In this document: piece by piece, positions 43,871-56,792 of the stretch
How positions within the stretch are numbered: the first letter of the stretch is position 1
Layout: each line of letters starts with the position of its first letter
From: Macrostomum lignano
Lineage: Eukaryota
Assembly: GCA_002269645.1 (NCBI GenBank)
Contig: NIVC01000365.1
Coordinates: 1-64,000 of the forward strand
Reading direction: 5' to 3'
DNA: 64,000 bases
Program-made: the position numbers and the translations under genes
Notes under the pieces: model-generated
What the model was told of the DNA's origin: nothing
Database searches by the model: none
The model's input: the letters and a program-made list of their open reading frames with translations, nothing else

Positions 43871-44200
43871 GGGAGCGAAGCAGTTAAGCGGTAAACGCGT
43901 CCGATTCTCGAGCCACGACCCCGGGTTCGATCCCGTGCGCGGCCGCATTCTTTGGGGCTTGTGCGTGAAATTGGATGAGAGGGTTTTCGTGCGATTCCCC
44001 AGATGCAGGGGAATACCACACTGCCACACTGCCCGCTGGAAGGTGGGCGAGCGAGGTGACAGAGGACCTTGTGTGGCAGCACCTGCGGAGTGGAGACACG
44101 GCATTCTGCTTTCGGCTTGAAACAACGCCCGAATCATTTCCTACTAAGCGAGCATCTTGCAGGGCGGCTCCTTTCAGCAGGCCGGTCGAGACGTAGTGCA
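43871..44200 (+). mobile_element. Possible second tRNA-derived SINE family
   Basis: tRNA-like head ending in B-box GGTTCGATCC (43924-43933); 3' end not defined. Confidence 0.4.
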
Positions 44201-44721
44201 ATGCGCGGGGTCCGCGGTGTGGAGTGCAGGCAGGAAGCGGACGAACCGGAATTGGCCGTTGCTCAGTCTCTTATGACCCTCGGGTATTCAGAATGCATTT
44301 CCTGCGTTATTTAAACTCCTTCCTGCATCCTGTGCAGCTGCTGCTTTTTGTAAGTTACTCGGTTGATTTAAGCTCGATAATTCTATATTTTCTGAAGATT
44401 TCAAAGCTTTTCACAGCTATAGGTCAGGTAACTTGTGCTATAAAAACATTTGAATGTTTCAGCATAAATCCTCGGATTTTTATTACGTCAAATACTTTTG
44501 CACTCTACGAGTCTGTACAACAGTACCTGTGCGAGCAGCGTGTGCATAGACTTCAGGTCGCTAGTATTGCTCAGCTGATCACCCTAATGGGAAATAGTTT
44601 GTAGCGATCGGCTTCCATGCACCGAACCGAAAACAATTGGGTTATATTGGATTTGCAACCTCAATGGTAGCGCTCCTTCAGTAGACCAAGGATCGGAATG
44701 TCTAAAGAGTTCAATGTATTA

Positions 44722-46471
44722 CGAGGGGTGTCCAAAAAGTAGTGATACTTTTGCTCATATAGCTTTACTGCATGCTTGAAAATCAGAAAGTTTTGTGTTG
44801 TTGGAAAGCGGAAAATATCAACTTTAATTTGACTGAAAAATCAACCTCATATGTTGTTTTTAAAAAAAGTTATCACTGTCTATTTGAGCAAGGATGGCCC
44901 ATAGACTTACAAAAAAACTGTATGGTAGATCTTGCTGAGTTTTTACGAGCCGGAGAATATCGAGCAGCCAGAGAATATCGAGCGCTCAATATTCTCTGTT
45001 ACTATATTCTATTTTATAAGCGTTCGAGTGGTGCTGTTTTGTCTGTGGTAAAATTATGGCTAAGTCTTCTTTGCACTGCCAGCTTGCTTCATTCTTCTTT
45101 CTCAAGCGCTTGCTTTTTCAAGACCAGATTTTGTTCAGCCGACAGTTATGGACGTGCACTCAAAGGAAGGACAGCGACACGCAATTCACACCCTATGGAG
45201 TATCGGAAAAAGTGGACAGGAGATTTACCATCATCTGTGCAGCATTCATGGAGCCGAAGCAGTAAGTCGCATGACGGTGTACCGATGGGTCGAGCAATTT
45301 GAGTCAGGAAGAACAAATTTGGCTGACTTGCCAAGGTCAGGAAGGCCATCCGCACCAAGCTCAAAGGCTTTGGCTGACCGGATTCTTGATCTTCTGGAAG
45401 AAGACTGCAGATTAACAATTCGTGAGATTGCTGACAGACTCGACACCCCACGATCAACGGTCCATCTCTGCCTGACCAACATGAACTTCGCTAAGCTGAG
45501 CGCCCGCTGGGTCCCGAAGCTCCTCACTGCTGATATGCGACTGCAGCGCCAGCAGACATGCCAAAGCAACCTGAATCTGGTGAGTCAACGCGGTGGCTGG
45601 AATCAGTTCCGCCAGTTGATTGTTACTGGCGACGAGACGTGGGTTCCACATTTTGACCCGTCGATAAAGCAAGAGTCTAAAGTGTGGGCACTCAAGGGTT
45701 CCGACCCACCACTCAAGGCTCGCCGTGAAACTCACTGTAAGAAAATCATGCTGTCAGTTTTCTTTGACTGTAATGGCCCAATTACCATTGACTTCCTGGA
45801 GCCGAATACGACGATCAACGCAGACCGTTATTCATCTCTCCTTGCAAGCCTGAAGGCAGACATCCAAAACAAGCGGCGCTCAGGAGTCAAGCCAGTCATC
45901 TTGCATCATGACAACGCCCGGCCGCATACTGCCCGCCAAACAATGGAGGCCATCAAAAAGCTAAAGTTTGACCTTCTGCCTCATCCGCCATATTCGCCAG
46001 ATCTGGCACCTGCGGATTTTGCCCTTTTCCCTCAATTGAAGCGCCACCTGAGGGGCCATGTCCATGCCAACCGTGATCATCTGGAACAGGAAGTCCGCAG
46101 AGTACTTCTGCATGTGATTCCACGACAGATCTACGCAGATGCGATTGATTGCTTGTTTCGTCGCTGGGAGAAGTGCGTGCAATTGATGGGCAATTATGTC
46201 GAGAAAGCTTCCCTCCCTGATGATGATGAGGCGTACTAACTGTCGCAACTTCTTGACCTGTTGCACCATGCACAAATTCATTGTAACTCTATGGTCGACC
46301 TTGTTGTGTGTTTCTATCCATAACTTTGTTATAGGTTGTGTTTTTGTTAAATGTTTGCAGTCAAATTAAAGCTGATATGTTCCGCTTTCCAACAACACCA
46401 AACTTGCTGATTTTCAAGCATACAGTAAAGCTATACGAGCAAAAGTATCACTACTTTTTGGACACCCCTCG
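44722..46471 (+). mobile_element. Full-length mariner (Tc1/mariner DD34D), 1750 bp, 114-bp imperfect TIRs, TA TSD
   Basis: CGAGGGGTGTCCAAAAAGTAG...TTTGACTG (44722-44835) is inverted at 46358-46471; TA at 44720-21 and 46472-73. Confidence 0.95.
45148..46239 (+). CDS. Mariner transposase, intact ORF, 363 aa
   Basis: HTH region, WVPKLL, IVTGDETW, HHDNARPH, YSPDLAPAD; 34 residues between the 2nd and 3rd catalytic D. Confidence 0.95.
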   Translation: MDVHSKEGQRHAIHTLWSIGKSGQEIYHHLCSIHGAEAVSRMTVYRWVEQFESGRTNLADLPRSGRPSAPSSKALADRILDLLEEDCRLTIREIADRLDTPRSTVHLCLTNMNFAKLSARWVPKLLTADMRLQRQQTCQSNLNLVSQRGGWNQFRQLIVTGDETWVPHFDPSIKQESKVWALKGSDPPLKARRETHCKKIMLSVFFDCNGPITIDFLEPNTTINADRYSSLLASLKADIQNKRRSGVKPVILHHDNARPHTARQTMEAIKKLKFDLLPHPPYSPDLAPADFALFPQLKRHLRGHVHANRDHLEQEVRRVLLHVIPRQIYADAIDCLFRRWEKCVQLMGNYVEKASLPDDDEAY

Positions 46472-46828
46472 TAGATTAACTATATTGGACTGACTGGGAA
46501 GGCAAACACGGTGGCCTTTTCAATGTTGAATTTTAGCACATTATTCCCCGCCGGCGTGACGTGCCTGACAATAGGTAAAACATGATTGACAGGTGCGCCG
46601 GTGGATTGCCCAACATTCAAACTAAGAGAATTGATACTTTTTATAATCCCTTTATTAGAATACTCAGCTATAAACAAAAACAGCTGTTGCAGCAACGAAA
46701 AACTGGGAAAATCCATCGCAAACTCGTTGCTAGGAATCGCCGAAAAAACTCAATCCGCCAACTAGAAAAAAAACCCGAATTCTCGGGAATCGAGAAAGTT
46801 GGAAAGAGCTGCATAGCAACTCGCAACG

Positions 46829-47960
46829 ATGCTCACACCACTACTCAGTCTGCTGCTGCTTGTGACTGCTGCTGCAGCCGCTAATCCAGGTAAGCAACCG
46901 GTAAATTGTCTACCTGTGAATGTACATTTTTCATACCAGATATTGATATCTCACGAACTGATCAATCATCTCATAGCATTCGAGTTCGACTTAGCCGCTG
47001 CAAAATTCTCCTGCTCAGCCAGCTCGATCTCCGTGAGCGCTCGAGGCGAAATCGAGTGCGCAATGAAATGCGGTCAAGCTGGCGACATGTTCTCAATCAG
47101 CTTCATCAACGGAGTCTGCGTCCTGTCCACGAGCACGAGCATAAGCTGTTCCGCACCATCTACTGGAGTTGTGTACATGAAGCGCAGGGGTGAGTTTTTA
47201 CATTGTAGCCTTGCTGGCTTGGAAATCATGACAGTCGGCGAACAAAATGGTGATTTTTAATTCATCATTCCCATAAACCGCACTCCTTCCACCATATCAT
47301 GCAGTTTTTCCCGAAAAAAGTCCCGGCTACCAGCAGCAGATCGGTGGCCGGACAGGGTGTTCCAGCCGGCCGGGTGTGCGGCCGGGTGTTCCAGCGGCGA
47401 CAGACGGGAGAGATCGCCTTCGGCAGGAATTGACTGGACCGACTACGCTAGCGGCTTCGGGAATGCCGTCAAGTTCTGGATTGGTGAGCCCGCCGTCCGA
47501 TTGGCCAGTCTTCTTAGGACACCAGAGGCAATCGAAAGGATTCTCTCCCGTCAACTGCAGGATTCGAGAGCATCCGCAGTGTTACTGTGACTGGTGCTAA
47601 GGAACTCCGAGTCGAGGCCCTGACTTTCAACGGAGAGTTCTGCGCGCTCGAGTGGCTCGGCTTCACCGTCAGAGACTCCAGCACGAACTACAGGATGAAC
47701 TACGCCAGCTTCCTCAGCGGCAACTCCACCATCAACTGCGACTTTCTGTTCTCAGCTGAAGGCCGGCCGTTCTCCACCTTCGACAGGGACGACGGTGCTT
47801 TCGGATCGAGCTGCAGCAGCAACTTCGGTGGCGGCGGCTACTGGTGGGAAACGTGCATGAACTCCAACCTGAACGGTCTGTACTCATTCACTAAGGCGTC
47901 CGGCGCCTCCTTCATGGCCTCGTCTTGCATTGGAAGATACAAGGCTGATGCTGCAGGTGT
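46829..47960 (+). pseudogene. PAN/apple + FReD copy 3, probably disabled
   Basis: Exons 46829-46889, 46977-47189, 47305-47483, 47561-~47960, homologous to copies 1 and 2. Exon 3 has a net +25-bp duplication (GGGTGTTCCAGC) and a 4-bp insertion giving TGA at 47431 in the homologous frame; a ~16-bp deletion near the end removes MRM and the stop. Confidence 0.8.
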
Positions 47961-48014
47961 GCGGAGGTGCTCCTTGATTAACATCAGTCTTGCGAGCAAC
48001 TTTTTCACCAAAAT

Positions 48015-48290
48015 AACTGTAGGTCTAACCGACTTGATGATCAGGGGTTCTCGATCCCACTGGAACAATTTGTCCTTGAGCAAGACACAATTAACTCTGC
48101 ATCGCTTCAGTTCATCCAGTTTTAAAATGAGTGCCAGCATTAGCTGAGTTAATTGAGGGTGTGTGGCGACCCCCAGTCCTTGAACTGAACAGCCGTACGC
48201 AGCCTTCATAGATACGCCTCGCAATAGCTGCGCTCCTGTCGGTTGCACACCTGGCCCAATTAGGGCAGGTGTAATCAATTATTATTATAT
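48015..48290 (+). mobile_element. CORE-type SINE, second copy (5'-degenerate)
   Basis: Aligns by eye with 4172-4447 through CORE, GAACAGCCGTACGCAGCCTTCA and the (ATT)n tail. Confidence 0.75.
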
Positions 48291-49726
48291 AATTCAGTCA
48301 ATTAAAAGCGATTGGGATTTTCGCTTACTACGGCTTCAGATTGTGAGGCAAAGACTCATTTTCAGTGTCCGGAGGCTAATCGCGCTCAAGTTCCTGAGTT
48401 CGATTCTGGCTGGGATCTTGTCGCGAGAGATTATAACGCCCGAGCTAGGGTCGACCACAAAGACACGGAGTCTGTCAGCCTGGACATAGGAAATCAGGGC
48501 CTCTTCGTGTACAGCCAGTGGTGTGTTACTGCATATTCGTGTGCTTTTCCGTTAACCCAACCAAAGTTTCTCCTCTTCATGATCACCAGAATAGTGAATT
48601 CCAGGTGATCAATCTAAACAGCTGCTGCTGGCTGAAGCCTTGAGCTACGGATCAAGTTTGAGCAAGAGAAAACACTGATTGACAGGTGCACCAGTGGATG
48701 AATTTATATGCATCAGAGAGTAGTGAAGGCGCTGAGCTGTTTTGCAATCCGACTCAAAATCTGAAGAAAAAAACAGAACAAAACTGTCTGCAATTCTTCG
48801 TCAAAGCTTGCTTCAAAAATGATGCACACGCTGCATCTCAGACACGTGGAAAACTTTGGGGGGCTGCAGAAAAACCTGACGATGCTCGCCTCCATACTGA
48901 GTCTGCTGCTGTGGCTTTTGTTTTCACATCAAGTCAGTAAAACTGAAAGTCACACAAGAGACAGTTATGGTGTGATCTATCTCAATCTAAATCAAGACTA
49001 AGTTGCAATGCAGTCTTGTGCTATGCAGCCACACACCAAAGTGAATCTTGTCTTGCGGTCACAATTCAGCCAGTCAACTGAAAAAAAATCAAAGACTGAG
49101 TAGAAAGTGCAAACTGTAATCAAATTTAGCACTGCAAAACAACAGGCGGCTGCTGACCAAAAGATGACGAGCGGAATTGAAATGACTGACGGCCTGCCTG
49201 ATTTTTTTGTATTTCAACACGATATGGCAACGCGACAAGCCCAGTTATTAATAATGTTCACCTTGCGCTCTTATAGCTGACTAAAACACCGCGTTATTTG
49301 GCACAACACCAATATAGGGTGACAGATAGCCATAAATATTTTAGAAACAAAAGGTAATGCGGCTATTTAATAGAATTACTAATCAGGTTACTATAAGCTT
49401 TCGCGTCAAATAGAGTTTTGATCGAGCTGAAGCTGGTAGAATTTGAATATTTATTGCAAAGCAGAACAGATACGAGTATAACATAAAGCAACAATGGCTA
49501 CCATACGAGTACAAACTTATTGAGTCTATTTTTCTAAGAAACAGCTAGCAAGGCGAAGATAAAGCAAAAGTTCTGGAAACCAATTATTTATTTTATTTTT
49601 TAATTAGCTAAACAGAGTTGATAACGGCAGAACCGGAACTTATTCTTCTCAGACCAACTATATGAAACTTGGGGCGGCATGGCAGTAAAGAAAGGTAATT
49701 AAGGTGCAAATATTTTCACTAACAAC

Positions 49727-50480
49727 TTGAAATCCCAGAATCCCGATTTGAAATCCCACGATCCCAATCTAAAATCCCAGGATCCCAATCTGAAATCCCG
49801 GCATCCCAATCTGAAATCCCGGCAACTCAATCTAAAATCCCGGAATCCCAATCTGAAATCCCAGGATCTCAATCTGAAATCCCAGGATCTCAATCTGAAT
49901 TCCCAGCATTCCAACCTGAAATCTCAATCTGAAATCCCAGGATCTCAATCTGAAATCCCAGGATCTCAATCTAAAATCCCAGGATCTCAATCTGAAATCC
50001 CGGAATCCCAATCTGAAATCCCAGGATCTCAATCTGAAATCCCAGGATCTCAATCTGAATTCCCAGCATTCCAACCTGAAATCTCAATCTGAAATCCCAG
50101 GATCTCAATCTGAAATCCCAGGATCTCAATCTAAAATCCCAGGATCTCAATCTGAAATCCCAGGATCTCAATCTGAAATCCCAGGATCCCAATCTGAAAT
50201 CCCGGCATCCCAATCTGAAATCCCGGCAACCCAATCTGAAATCCCGGCATCCCAATCTGAAATCCCAGGATCTCAATCTGAAATCCCAGGATCTCAATCT
50301 GAATTCCCAGCATCCCAACCTGAAATCTCAATCTGAAATCCCAGGATCTCAATCTGAAATCCCGGCATCCCAATCTGAAATCCCGGGATCTCAATCTGAA
50401 TTCCCAGCACCCCAACCTGAAATCCCAGGATCCCAATTTGAAATCCCAGGATCCCAACCTGAATTCCCAGCATAATAATC
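49727..50480. repeat. 21-bp minisatellite downstream of the RPN1 stop
   Basis: AATCTGAAATCCCAGGATCTC units. Confidence 0.9.
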
Positions 50481-50602
50481 TGAAATCCAGGTACAAGTGT
50501 ATCGGTAGGATGCAGAAGCCGAATATTACTAGCTGACAGTGTTAGCCCCAACAACCACTCAGCGTCAAGCCAGCCCCGGTCCGAGAGCTCGCACCAGTCC
50601 GC

Positions 50603-53600
50603 TTACAGGCCTTCAACCAGCTGCTCGATGCGAGCCACAGCGTCCTCCTTGTTCTTGACGTGCTTGGCGTCGGCGTCCAGGTACTGCTGGCGGGTGATCT
50701 TGTTGGCAACCAGAGCCTCAGCCTGACTGGCCGCGGTCTGCAGCAGTTCAGCCAGGCGGCTGTCCTGACGCTGCAGTTCGTCAAGTCGCTCCAGCAGGTC
50801 GCCGGGCGGAGCGAAGGCCGGGTCGCTGCGGATGGCCTTCACCAGCTCAGCGACCTTCTTGGTCAGAGCTTTGTGGTCAGTAGTGACCTGCGACAGGGGC
50901 AGTAGTTGGGCATCTCTTGGTGTATAAATCTTAAAGGAAATTTCTTAGCGGGGCTCATACACAGGGAAAAGACCTGGCAGGAAATCCCAATTTCAGGGAA
51001 ATTCCCATTTCAGAGGAATCCCCATTTCAGGGGAATCTCCATTTCAGGAAAATTTCTATTTCAGGAAAATTCCCATTTCAGGGGAATCTCCATTTCAGGA
51101 AAATTCCCATTTCAGGGGAATCTCCATTTCAGGAAAATTCCCATTTCAGGGGAATCTCAATTTCAGGAAAATTCCCATTTCAGGGAAATCCCCATTTAAG
51201 GGGAATTCTTATTTAAGGGGAATTCCAATTTTAGGGGAATTCCCATTTCTAAAATTGTGGGATATTCCCATTTCGGAAGTAAACAAGTTTTAGTGGAAGA
51301 ATCCTGTGGATACTGGTAATTTCAATAGACTTCTTGGGCCGAATTCCGTGGATATAAATATTGTATTTTAGGAATTCTAAAAGACGAAATTCTTTTGCAA
51401 GGAATTCTTGAGGATATAAAAATCGATAAATGGACATCCCAGAAGCCTGACAGGGAAGTTCCCAGCGCGCCGGTGCTTTCAAAACCCTGAAATCGATCGG
51501 TTGAGGTAGAGATCCCACCTTATTAACGTCGGACTTGAACCGGCCGTGGTCTTTGCCGGACTTGAACTTGTTAATGGCGTCCTCGTAGCACTGGTACAGG
51601 GCGGAGCGCCTGTCCTGCAGGCCGACAATCTCGGAAGTCAGGCAGCCGAGGCGCTGCTTCATCTCGGTGCTGGCGTCCTGCACGATAGAGAAGTTGAGCC
51701 GCACGGCCAGGATGACGGTGAGGAACAGCACGAGGAAGAAGGTGGTGGCCATCAGCGGCTCGCGGATCAGCGACCAAGAGGCGAACTCGTAGCGGACAAC
51801 CAGCTCCTGGATGTGCTGGTCCACGAGGTTGGCCTGCGGGGTGGGGGGGGAGCTCACGGCTTCAGATTTGGAGCAGAGTAACTGACAATGTGGGATAGAT
51901 CAACTAAGGGTTTGGGATAGATCAGGTGTGGGATAGATCAGCTGTAGGTTAGATCAGCTGTAGGTTAGATCAGGTGTGGGATAGATCAGCTGTAGGTTAG
52001 ATCAGGTGTGGGATAGATCAGGTGTGGGGTAGATCAGGTGTGGGATAGATCAGCTGTAGGTTAGATCAGGTGTGGGATAGATCAGGTGTAGGTTAGATCA
52101 GCTGTAGGTTAGATCAGGTGTGGGGTAGATCAGGTGTGGGGTAGATCAGGTGTGGGATAGATCAGCTGTAGGTTAGATCAGGTGTGGGATAGATCAGGTG
52201 TGGGATAGATCAGCTGTAGGTTAGATCAGCTGTAGGTTAGATCAGCTGTAGGTTAGATCAGGTGTGGGGTAGATCAGGTGTGGGATAGATCAGCTGTAGG
52301 TTAGATCAGGTGTGGGATAGATCAGGTGTGGGATAGATCAGCTGTAGGTTAGATCAGGTGTGGGATAGATCAGGTGTGGGATAGATCAGCTGTAGGTTAG
52401 AATAGATCAGGTGTGGGATAGATCAGGTGTGGGATAGATCAGCTGTAGGTTAGATCAGGTGTGGGATAGATCAGGTGTGGGATAGATCAGCTGTAGGTTA
52501 GATCAGGTGTGGGATAGATCAGGTGTGGGATAGATCAGCTGTAGGTTAGATCAGGTGTAGCTTAGATCAGCTGTAGGATAGATCAGCTGTAGCTTAGATC
52601 AGGTGTGGAATAGATCAGCTGTAGGTTAGATCAGGTGTGGGATAGATCAGGTGTGGGATAGATCAGCTGTAGGTTAGATCAGGTGTGGGATAGATCAGGT
52701 GTGGGATAGATCAGGTGTGGGATAGATCAGGTGTGGGATAGATCAGGTGTGGGATAGATCAGCTGTAGGATAGATCAGCTGTAGCTTAGATCAGGTGTGG
52801 AATAGATCAGCTGTAGGATAGATCAGCTGTAGCTTAGATCAGGTGTGGAATAGATCAGCTGTAGGATAGATCAGCTGTAGGTTAGATCAGCTGTAGGTTA
52901 GATCAGGTGTGGGGTAGAGCAGCTGTAGCTTCGATCAGGTGTGGGGTTCAGTAAAATTTTCCCAGCCGCTTACCTTGCTCAGCACAAGCACGGGCCGCCC
53001 CACGGTATCCAGGTAAGTCTTAATCAGCTCCCTGGGGCCTTCGATCACAGGGTAAGGCGCCTCGTATCGAATGTTGGTGGCCAGCTCGGGCAGCACAATC
53101 TTGAGGGTGATCCGGTCCACCACCATATCGTCGTGCACGTGATCAATGAAGCGAATGCGCAGAGCATACTGGTTGCCGCTACTGAACAGGTACTCGTAGC
53201 TGGGCACATTGTACCCGATGATGTAGTCGGTGTTCCAGCCGCCGAACAGTGGGAACCTGGGCCGCAGTTCGATCTCAACGGAGTCGATCAGCTCGCGCAG
53301 ATTGGACGTACTGATGTTGCCGATGTCGTCGCGGTAGTACACGTCCTTGGCGGCGGCCGCAGCACGGTCTTGTAGGCTCGGACGCTGGACACGCCATCGT
53401 TCTTGCGCTGATACTCGTAGCGGGAGAAGCTGCCCTTGAGCTTGGCGCCGGAGTGGACAACGTGGATTTTCTCTTCAATAGCAACGTTGCCCCAGTGGGA
53501 CACCTCGACATGGCGCAGCATGTCGACGACGTGAGGAATGGAGCGTTGTTCTCGTAGTGAACGCTCACCTGCAAATGGGGTGTGGCGGCAATCAATGCTG

Positions 53601-56183
53601 TCGATTGCGTTAACTAGCCGAGCAGGGTCGGGAAACTTTTTAAAAATTAAGGGTCAGATAAAGAATCTAGCGCATGACTGCGGGCCAGATGAGAGAAGAG
53701 AGAAGAGAAAAGGTAGAGATCAAGGAGATGAGAGGAATAAGAGAGGAGGGATGAGATGAGAGATGAGAGGTGAGAAGAGATGAGAGGAGAGGTGAGAGGA
53801 GAGAGGAGAGAGAGGAGAGCAGAGAGATGGAGAGAGGAGAGAGAGATAGAGAGAGAGAGAGAGAGGAGAGAGAGGAGAGAGAGAGGAGGGGAGAGAGATG
53901 AGAGAGAGAGGAGAGAGATGAGAGAAGGGGAGGGGAGAGAGTGAGAGAAGCGAGGTGAGAAGAGATGAGAGAGGAAAGGTGAGAGAAGGGGAGAGAGTGA
54001 GAGAGAGGAGAGATGAGAGAGAGGAGGGGAGAGAGATGAGAGAAGAGAGGTGAGAGAAAGATGAGAGGGAGGTGAGAGAGAGAGGGGAGAGGAGAGAGGA
54101 GGGCAGAGAGATGAGAGAGGAAAGGTGAGAGAGGGGAGAGAGGGGAGAGAGGTGAGAGAGAGGAGAGATGAGAGAGAGGAGGGGAGAGAGATGAGAGAAG
54201 AGAGGTGAGGAGAGGTGAGAGAAGAGAGGGGAGAGGAGAGAGGAAGGCAGAGAGATGAGAGAGGAAAGGTGAGAGAAGGGGAGAGAGGTGAGAGAGAGGT
54301 GAGAGATGAGAGAAGAGGAGGAAAAGAAAAATGAGCTGAGATTCTGACACAATCTTGAGCGGCCGGATTGCTATTGTGGATTTCAAAGGACCGAGGCCAG
54401 ATAGAGAGGCTTTCGCGGCCGGAGTGTGCCGACCCCAGTGACCAGTGCCGTGTGATGCACAGCCTGCGGCCCTCGTGAGCCATGGATATTATAATATTAA
54501 AGCCTTCATACCCTATTCTTGCTACTTTTTTAAGTAGGCGATTGCAAGCGATAAGTGAATGGAATGAATGATAGAGATTCGCACCTCCTGCTGGGTGAAG
54601 GCGGGCACGTTAGCGAAGGGCCGTAGGTGATGGTGGACTCCTGCTTGTTCACCGGCTGCAGGTTGGTAAATCCAGGATGTTCGGATTGGCCGTACGAATC
54701 TGAGTCTCAACAGAGTCGCTGGGGTAGGGCGAGTAGAAATTGGCATTGCCAGTGAAGCGCAGGTACTGCCTCTCTGACTGGGTGATCTCGCTGGGGTAGG
54801 GCGCGAGCTTGTGCGTGTAGTAGGCCGTCACCACCAGGCTGGAGGGCCGCGACCCGATGGAGATTTCGTACAGCCTGGTAGAGGTTGGGGCGAGTGGCGT
54901 GCAAGTCAATAGGAACAGCTTTGAGTTATTTCAACTGCAATTCAGCACTGCATCTACAGGGCACACTCACTGCTTTCCATTCTTGGATACAGGCTTGATT
55001 GGCAGAGCTGGGCTGTCTTCACCGGATTTGGTCTAAAATGAAATAGTAATTCTATTGTTATATTTCAATCCATTACCCTAAAAAAATAAAGTATTGTGTT
55101 ATCTCATTTGTTTATTTACTATTAGAGTTCCAATCTTTCACATTTGTGCCTTTTCAAATTGGTGACTATTTTTCTATGCTTTTCTCAGTGATAACTTCAT
55201 GAGAACAATCCTCCATATTTATATATTTGAATGTTAGCCAGTGAGCCAGTATGTTATCAATAATAACAAAGTGATAAACAAATAAACCCTTAAAAGAATG
55301 TTAAATATGTTGTAGCATCATAGAATGTAATAATATAAGATACATGAAGTTATTAAATACATTAGTAGAGTTTTTCTATAATTTTTATTATAGGCCTAGT
55401 CAGTTTGGTTGTAATTAAATTTACCATTTTAACAAATCATTTTATAAAAAATAAGGCTATATGTGAATAATTTGTGCTTTTAAAGATGTTTTTAACTTTT
55501 TAAAACTTAAATAAATTCTATAGCTTTTTTGCTTTCAAATCAACAAAAACGAATTTTCAAAAAATTTGCCCTTGATTTTTGGATTTCGCCATATAATAAT
55601 ATAAATATAAATAAATGGAAATCATCAATCGAACAAAGCCAAAGATTAAAAAACTGCTTTAGATCAATTCAAAGAAAATTGAATATAAATAAAAATTGGT
55701 AATAAGAAATAAAATTAAAATTGGTATATATCAGGGGTATACTCTTATACTTGTATAGAACTAATTTTTAATCTATCACTAAATTTGTAATTTATTTTCT
55801 CTTTGCTAATTTATTTCTAAAAAAGTCTTAGTCCTAAAACGAACTTACAGTACAAACTATTAATAGGAATATCCTGAATAATTAAATTTGGAGAATTTCA
55901 AGTAAAAAATTTAATAAATTTTGGGGTTCATTATTGTTCAAAATTCAAAATGAAATTTAATGCTTACAGAGGCACCAATAAATGCCATGTTGTCCTCATA
56001 ACCAGGTTCGGCAGCAAAAAGGTATGTAGAGCCAAAACTTTCAGACGAAATAACTGTTTCGATTTTGACGATTTGAGTAGTTAAATCCACTTTCCTAACA
56101 ACCTTTGAGTTCTTCGCCTGCTCACTGCAGTTTGAGGCAGAAAGCATCAGCAGAAAGTAGGCAATTAGAAGTGTCTTGTCCAT
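50603..56183 (-). CDS. RPN1: Ribophorin I (OST subunit 1), 5 exons; several single-base frameshifts as assembled
   Basis: Exons 56183-55968, 54934-54585, 53568-52974, 51833-51519, 50887-50603. Motifs [75 protein letters not shown] + TM helix. Confidence 0.9.
50985..51250. repeat. ~17-18-bp minisatellite, RPN1 intron 4
   Basis: AGGAAAATTCCCATTTC / AGGGGAATCTCCATTTC units. Confidence 0.85.
51890..52945. repeat. 16-bp two-variant minisatellite, RPN1 intron 3
   Basis: GATCAGGTGTGGGATA interspersed with GATCAGCTGTAGGTTA. Confidence 0.95.
53690..54330. repeat. GA-rich low-complexity repeat, RPN1 intron 2
   Basis: Almost purely purine tract on the + strand. Confidence 0.9.
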
Positions 56184-56792
56184 TTTCGTTTGTAAGAAAG
56201 ACAAACGATGTTCGATTAGGTTGGTTTGGTTGATTGATGAGTTGGAATAAAATAAAAAGCAAGTTTCAATTCATGAAATTGTTATTAAATCCAAGCTCAA
56301 TTTTACGCGGACACGTAGAAGCTTAGAAATTAAAGTTAAATATTGTTAAGAAATTATGTTGAATTATTCCATGCAATAACATAGTTGTTAACAATGTCTT
56401 TGAATTTTAAATCATGTGCTTATTAACGTATCGTTTAACTGCAGACGGTGTTTTACTAATATTGCTAGAAAGCGCTAAATTTCAACTTTTTTATTCCTGG
56501 AATGAGACACGTTTTAGCCCAACTTTTTATATGATATCCACGCTTCGTTCATTCGTTCATGCTATCATGACCCTGACGGTCAGCCGCTTGTAAATTAGAG
56601 TCACCAGTTTTTAAACCTGACTAACAGTCAGCATCGCATAGATATTCTAGACAAAAATACATTTCAGAGTTGTATTGTAGTACGTTTCCTTTGACGGCTT
56701 TGTACTTCTGCTTTTTTAGTTTTAGCTTGAACCTAGCTAAATGACACCAAATTAGTCATAAGACTAGTTTCTTCCAGTAGTTTACTCGAGTA
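56184..56792. promoter_or_regulatory. Probable bidirectional promoter between RPN1 and the STAR gene
   Basis: Divergent ATGs 610 bp apart; AT-rich but with many CpGs. Confidence 0.6.
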
